Shown here in pieces: positions 60,708 through 64,000 of a stretch of DNA of 64,000 bases. The stretch comes from Candidatus Hydrogenedens sp. (GTDB taxonomy: Bacteria; Hydrogenedentota; Hydrogenedentia; Hydrogenedentales; JAEUWI01). The notes beneath the pieces were generated by a model. The model had not been told where the DNA came from, ran no database searches, and saw only the letters and a program-made list of their open reading frames with translations. How positions within the stretch are numbered: the stretch's first letter is position 1; each line of letters starts with the position of its first letter. The stretch is from positions 331,336-395,335 of the forward strand of contig WGMK01000010.1 in NCBI GenBank assembly GCA_016125095.1, in the 5' to 3' direction. The position numbers were made by a program, and so were the translations under genes.

Positions 60708-61691
60708 GTGATCGAACTCGAACCACATCAATGGGAAATGCTCGGCCGCTATCTCGGCGCGGGCATCGCGCTGGGCATGGGCGGCCTGGGCGCCGCGCTG
60801 GGCATGGGCAATGCCGCCGGCGCCGCGTCGAACGCCATGATGCGCCAGCCCACCCAGCAGGGCGAACTCCGCCGCACCATGCTCATCGGCCAGGCCATCA
60901 CGGGCGACGCCTCGATCTTCGCCCTTGTGGTCGGCCTGTTCATCCTGTTTTTCCCGGCCGTACAGCCGGAAGAAGTGGGCGGTAACTTTTTCGCCGCCAT
61001 GACCGGCGCGGGCATCGCGATCGGCTTCGGCGCCTTCGGCAGCGGCTTCGGCTGCGGTTTCGCCGCGGCCAACGCCTGCGCAGGCGTCGCGCGCAATCCC
61101 CGCCGCGCGGGCCAGACCACGCAGTCGATGATCATCGGCCAGGCGGTGGCGCAGTCGCCCAGCATCTTCGCGCTTGTGGTTGCGCTCATTCTGATTATCC
61201 GCCAGGCCCCCGGCACCGACCTCGCCACGATGGGCGTGTGCATCGGCGCGGGCATCGCGATGGGCGTCAGCGCCATCGGTTCGGGTATGGGCTCGGGCCA
61301 GACCGCCGGCGGCGCCGTGCTCGGCCTCAGCCGCTGGCCGCGCTCCTACGGCGTCACGCTGCGTACGATGCTGATCGGCCAGGCCGTCTGCGAAACGCCG
61401 GCCATCTTCGGCATGCTCGTGGCCTTCATCATGATGTTTGCCATGCAGGACATCCCCGAGGGCATCCTGGGCTTCGCGCACATGCTGGCGGCGGGCATCG
61501 CGGTTGGCTTCGGCGGCATCGGGCCGGGCATCGGCTCGGGGCTTACCTCGGGTCCGGCCTGCGTGATGGCGGCCACGTATCCGCGCCGCGACACGCTCAT
61601 TCTCCGCACGATGCTGATCGGCCAGGCCGTGGCGCAGTCCACCGCCATCTACGCCCTGATCATCGCGCTGGCGATTCTCTACGTCGTCTAG
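60708..61691 (+). CDS. Fused four-hairpin ATP synthase subunit c paralog (8 TM helices)
   Basis: Four approximately 80-aa repeats, each with (G/A)AGIA.G, a Gly-rich helix, a loop (RQP/RNP/RWP/TYP) and (T/S)M(L/I)IGQA(V/I); GTG start. Confidence 0.9.
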   Translation: MIELEPHQWEMLGRYLGAGIALGMGGLGAALGMGNAAGAASNAMMRQPTQQGELRRTMLIGQAITGDASIFALVVGLFILFFPAVQPEEVGGNFFAAMTGAGIAIGFGAFGSGFGCGFAAANACAGVARNPRRAGQTTQSMIIGQAVAQSPSIFALVVALILIIRQAPGTDLATMGVCIGAGIAMGVSAIGSGMGSGQTAGGAVLGLSRWPRSYGVTLRTMLIGQAVCETPAIFGMLVAFIMMFAMQDIPEGILGFAHMLAAGIAVGFGGIGPGIGSGLTSGPACVMAATYPRRDTLILRTMLIGQAVAQSTAIYALIIALAILYVV

Positions 61692-61747
61692 GCGGCGCGG
61701 GCAACACATACGGTAACAAGGCGCCTGGGGCGCAGAAGGATAGGAAC

Positions 61748-62071
61748 ATGGACGCGACAACGATGCTGATGATGATGGAAACCGTTGTCACGCAGGTGCC
61801 GCAGAAGGCGGCGGCCGCGGGCGTGACCGGTGCGGATCTGGTGAAGGCCGGCGCGCTGATCGGCGCGGGTATCTGCATGGGCTTCGGCGCCATCGGGCCG
61901 GGCGTGGGCGAAGGCTACGCCGCGGGCAAGGCCTGCGAATCCGTGGGGCGCGCCCCGCAGGAAGCCGGCCTGCTGACCCGCACCATGCTGATCGGCCAGG
62001 CCGTGGCGGAATCGACGGGCATCTACTCGCTCGTTATCGCCCTGCTCATGCTGTTCGTGGTGGGTGGCTGA
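61748..62071 (+). CDS. atpE: ATP synthase Fo subunit c with Na+-binding signature
   Basis: [39 protein letters not shown] before ATG 61748. Confidence 0.95.
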   Translation: MDATTMLMMMETVVTQVPQKAAAAGVTGADLVKAGALIGAGICMGFGAIGPGVGEGYAAGKACESVGRAPQEAGLLTRTMLIGQAVAESTGIYSLVIALLMLFVVGG

Positions 62072-62114
62072 ACCTCCGGTACTGAAATCGCAATCGCAAG
62101 GCGGAAGCTGACCC

Positions 62115-62546
62115 TTGGTCAATCTTAACTTCACCATAATCGTCGAGACAGGACTGTTCCTCGTGTTCCTGTGGCTCATGTACGCGTTCGTGCTGCGACC
62201 GCTGCTGAAAGTCATGGATGCGCGCGAGGCGCAGTTGACCGGCGACGAGACGGCGGCGGCGAAGCTGGAGCAGGATTGCGAAGATACCGAGCGGCTGTAC
62301 CGCGTGTCGCTGGCGGCGATTCACCAGCGCGGCTCGATGCGTGTGGCCGAGGCCAAGCGCGAAGAGCAGGCCCGCCACAACGAGCAGGTGCACGCGCTGA
62401 AGGCCGAGGGCGCCGAGCGCATGTCCGTGCTGCTCAAGGAAATGCGCGAGCAGGTGCGCCAGCAGCGCGCCGCTTCGGACGCCGTGGTGGCCGACATCAA
62501 GATGGCCCTGTCCGACAAGCTCGGCTCCGGAAAGGGGGTTCAGTAA
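62115..62546 (+). CDS. atpF: ATP synthase Fo subunit b'
   Basis: NFTIIVE..FLVFLWLM..LRPLLKVMDARE followed by a charged coiled coil. Confidence 0.85.
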   Translation: MVNLNFTIIVETGLFLVFLWLMYAFVLRPLLKVMDAREAQLTGDETAAAKLEQDCEDTERLYRVSLAAIHQRGSMRVAEAKREEQARHNEQVHALKAEGAERMSVLLKEMREQVRQQRAASDAVVADIKMALSDKLGSGKGVQ

Positions 62547-63325
62547 TGTTCCGCATCGCCCCCAAGCCCTTCCTGCTCGGCCTGTTCAGCTTGGCCTTCG
62601 TGGGCTGGCTCATCGGCAATAGCATCTGGGGCTTCCCGGGGCTCAGTGCCGAGTACCTCGAGGCCCATAAGCACGAGCACGAGCACTACCTCGAGGTGGT
62701 GAAGAGCGACGACTATAAGCGCTATATCCAGCGCCCGCACCTCTTCGACATGTCGAAGGCGCACGATCATCACTTCGAGGCGAGCGTTAAGTTCATCGAA
62801 GAATACGAGAAGAACCCCGAGCTGGTGGCGGAAGAGGCGCGCCTCGCGAAGCGCGGCCTGTATTTCGATTTCTTCAACGCCACGCTGGTCGTGGTGCTGT
62901 TTATCCGATTCGGTTGGCCGCCGCTCATGCGCTTCCTCGACAGCAGCATCGCCGAGAAGGTGGAGCGCATGCACGCCGCCAAGGCGGCACGCGCCGAGGC
63001 GGCCGGACGGCTCGACGGCCTGCAGTCGAAGGTAAAAGAATTGCCCGAGGCGGAGGCGCGCGCGACCGAGGAATCCGAGGCCGCCATCGAGCGCCTGCGC
63101 GAAGAAGCCCGGGTGCGTAATGAAGAGCGCCTCGAGGAAGTGCGCCGCGAATTGGCCGACCAGGAAGCGGGTGCCGTGGCCGCAGCGGAGCGCCGCCTGC
63201 GCCGCGAGCTTTTCGACAAGGCTGCGCGCGAGTTCGAGGAAGAGCTGCGTAAGAATCCCCCCGAGTACGCCCGAGGCGGGCTGGTGGACGCGTTCGCGGC
63301 CGCCCTGGAAGGGAAGCGGCTATGA
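62546..63325 (+). CDS. atpF: ATP synthase Fo subunit b with N-terminal extension
   Basis: ATG 62546 overlaps the upstream TAA; extra TM and His-rich loop, then FFNATLVVVLFIRFGWPPLMRFLD and a coiled coil. Confidence 0.8.
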   Translation: MFRIAPKPFLLGLFSLAFVGWLIGNSIWGFPGLSAEYLEAHKHEHEHYLEVVKSDDYKRYIQRPHLFDMSKAHDHHFEASVKFIEEYEKNPELVAEEARLAKRGLYFDFFNATLVVVLFIRFGWPPLMRFLDSSIAEKVERMHAAKAARAEAAGRLDGLQSKVKELPEAEARATEESEAAIERLREEARVRNEERLEEVRRELADQEAGAVAAAERRLRRELFDKAAREFEEELRKNPPEYARGGLVDAFAAALEGKRL

Positions 63326-63867
63326 GAAATTACCTGCTGGCAGAGCGCTATGCGCGCGGGCTATCGGTGAGCCTTCCGGACACCGACGCCATGAAGCTCG
63401 CCTGCGAGGGCCTCGAGACGGTTGCCGAACTGTTTGAAACCCATCACGACTTCCGCCGTCTCATCATGAATCCCTCGATTCCGCTGACCAAGCGGCTCGA
63501 GGTGGTCTCCGAAATTCTCGACAAGAGCGGCATCGCCGTGGAAGAGGTCAAGCGCCTGTTCCGCGAACTGCTCCGCCGCGGCCGCGTGCCGCTGCTTCCC
63601 GACGTGGCGGTGGTGTTCAGCCAGCTGCTCGACGCGCGCCTGAACCAGACCCAGGCGCGGGTGCGTTCGGCGGCGGCGCTCGACGATGCCCAGAAGGCCC
63701 GCGTGACGGCCGCGCTCGAGGCCTTTACCGGCAAAGAGATTCATGCCGTGTACTCCGTGGATCCGCGCCTGCTCGGCGGCGTGCGCGCCGAGGTGAGCGG
63801 CGTGGTGATCGACGGCACGATACGTTCCCAGATTCGACGTCTCCGCGATGCGATTCTCGCGGATTAA
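63322..63867 (+). CDS. atpH: ATP synthase F1 subunit delta
   Basis: AERYARGL; NPSIP; VDPRLLGGV..VIDGTIR. Confidence 0.93.
   Translation: MRNYLLAERYARGLSVSLPDTDAMKLACEGLETVAELFETHHDFRRLIMNPSIPLTKRLEVVSEILDKSGIAVEEVKRLFRELLRRGRVPLLPDVAVVFSQLLDARLNQTQARVRSAAALDDAQKARVTAALEAFTGKEIHAVYSVDPRLLGGVRAEVSGVVIDGTIRSQIRRLRDAILAD

Positions 63868-64000
<133 letters not shown>

Overview
High-GC bacterial chromosomal window. Glu/Gly-rich linkers and a duplicated 'HxAD..LSELLRxIQF' C-terminal module suggest Candidatus Hydrogenedentota (inference, no search run). From left to right it holds: large secreted proteins; phosphatidylcholine synthase; a type III PKS/FAD-oxidoreductase/methyltransferase cassette bounded by tRNA-Leu(CAA) and a degenerate copy of that tRNA's 3' end; a radA-disA-pyrDFE operon; lysA; PVC-type periplasmic enzymes; lutABC with a divergent SulP transporter; a czcCBA-type efflux system; a gamma-glutamylation amine-catabolism operon; three PAS sensor kinases, one broken by an in-frame TGA; a repeat-rich SGNH surface protein; a DinB-family gene; an AT-rich intergenic region; rsmD; and the start of an F1Fo ATP synthase operon. 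The most striking element is the Fo part of that operon. It encodes a normal single-hairpin c subunit with a two-carboxylate Na+-binding signature and, directly upstream, a 327-aa subunit of four fused c hairpins, only one of which keeps the essential Glu. One b subunit carries an extra His-rich extracytoplasmic domain. This points to an unusual heteromeric Na+ rotor. Functional calls come from motif recognition only, and many ORF starts were moved to a more plausible internal start codon.
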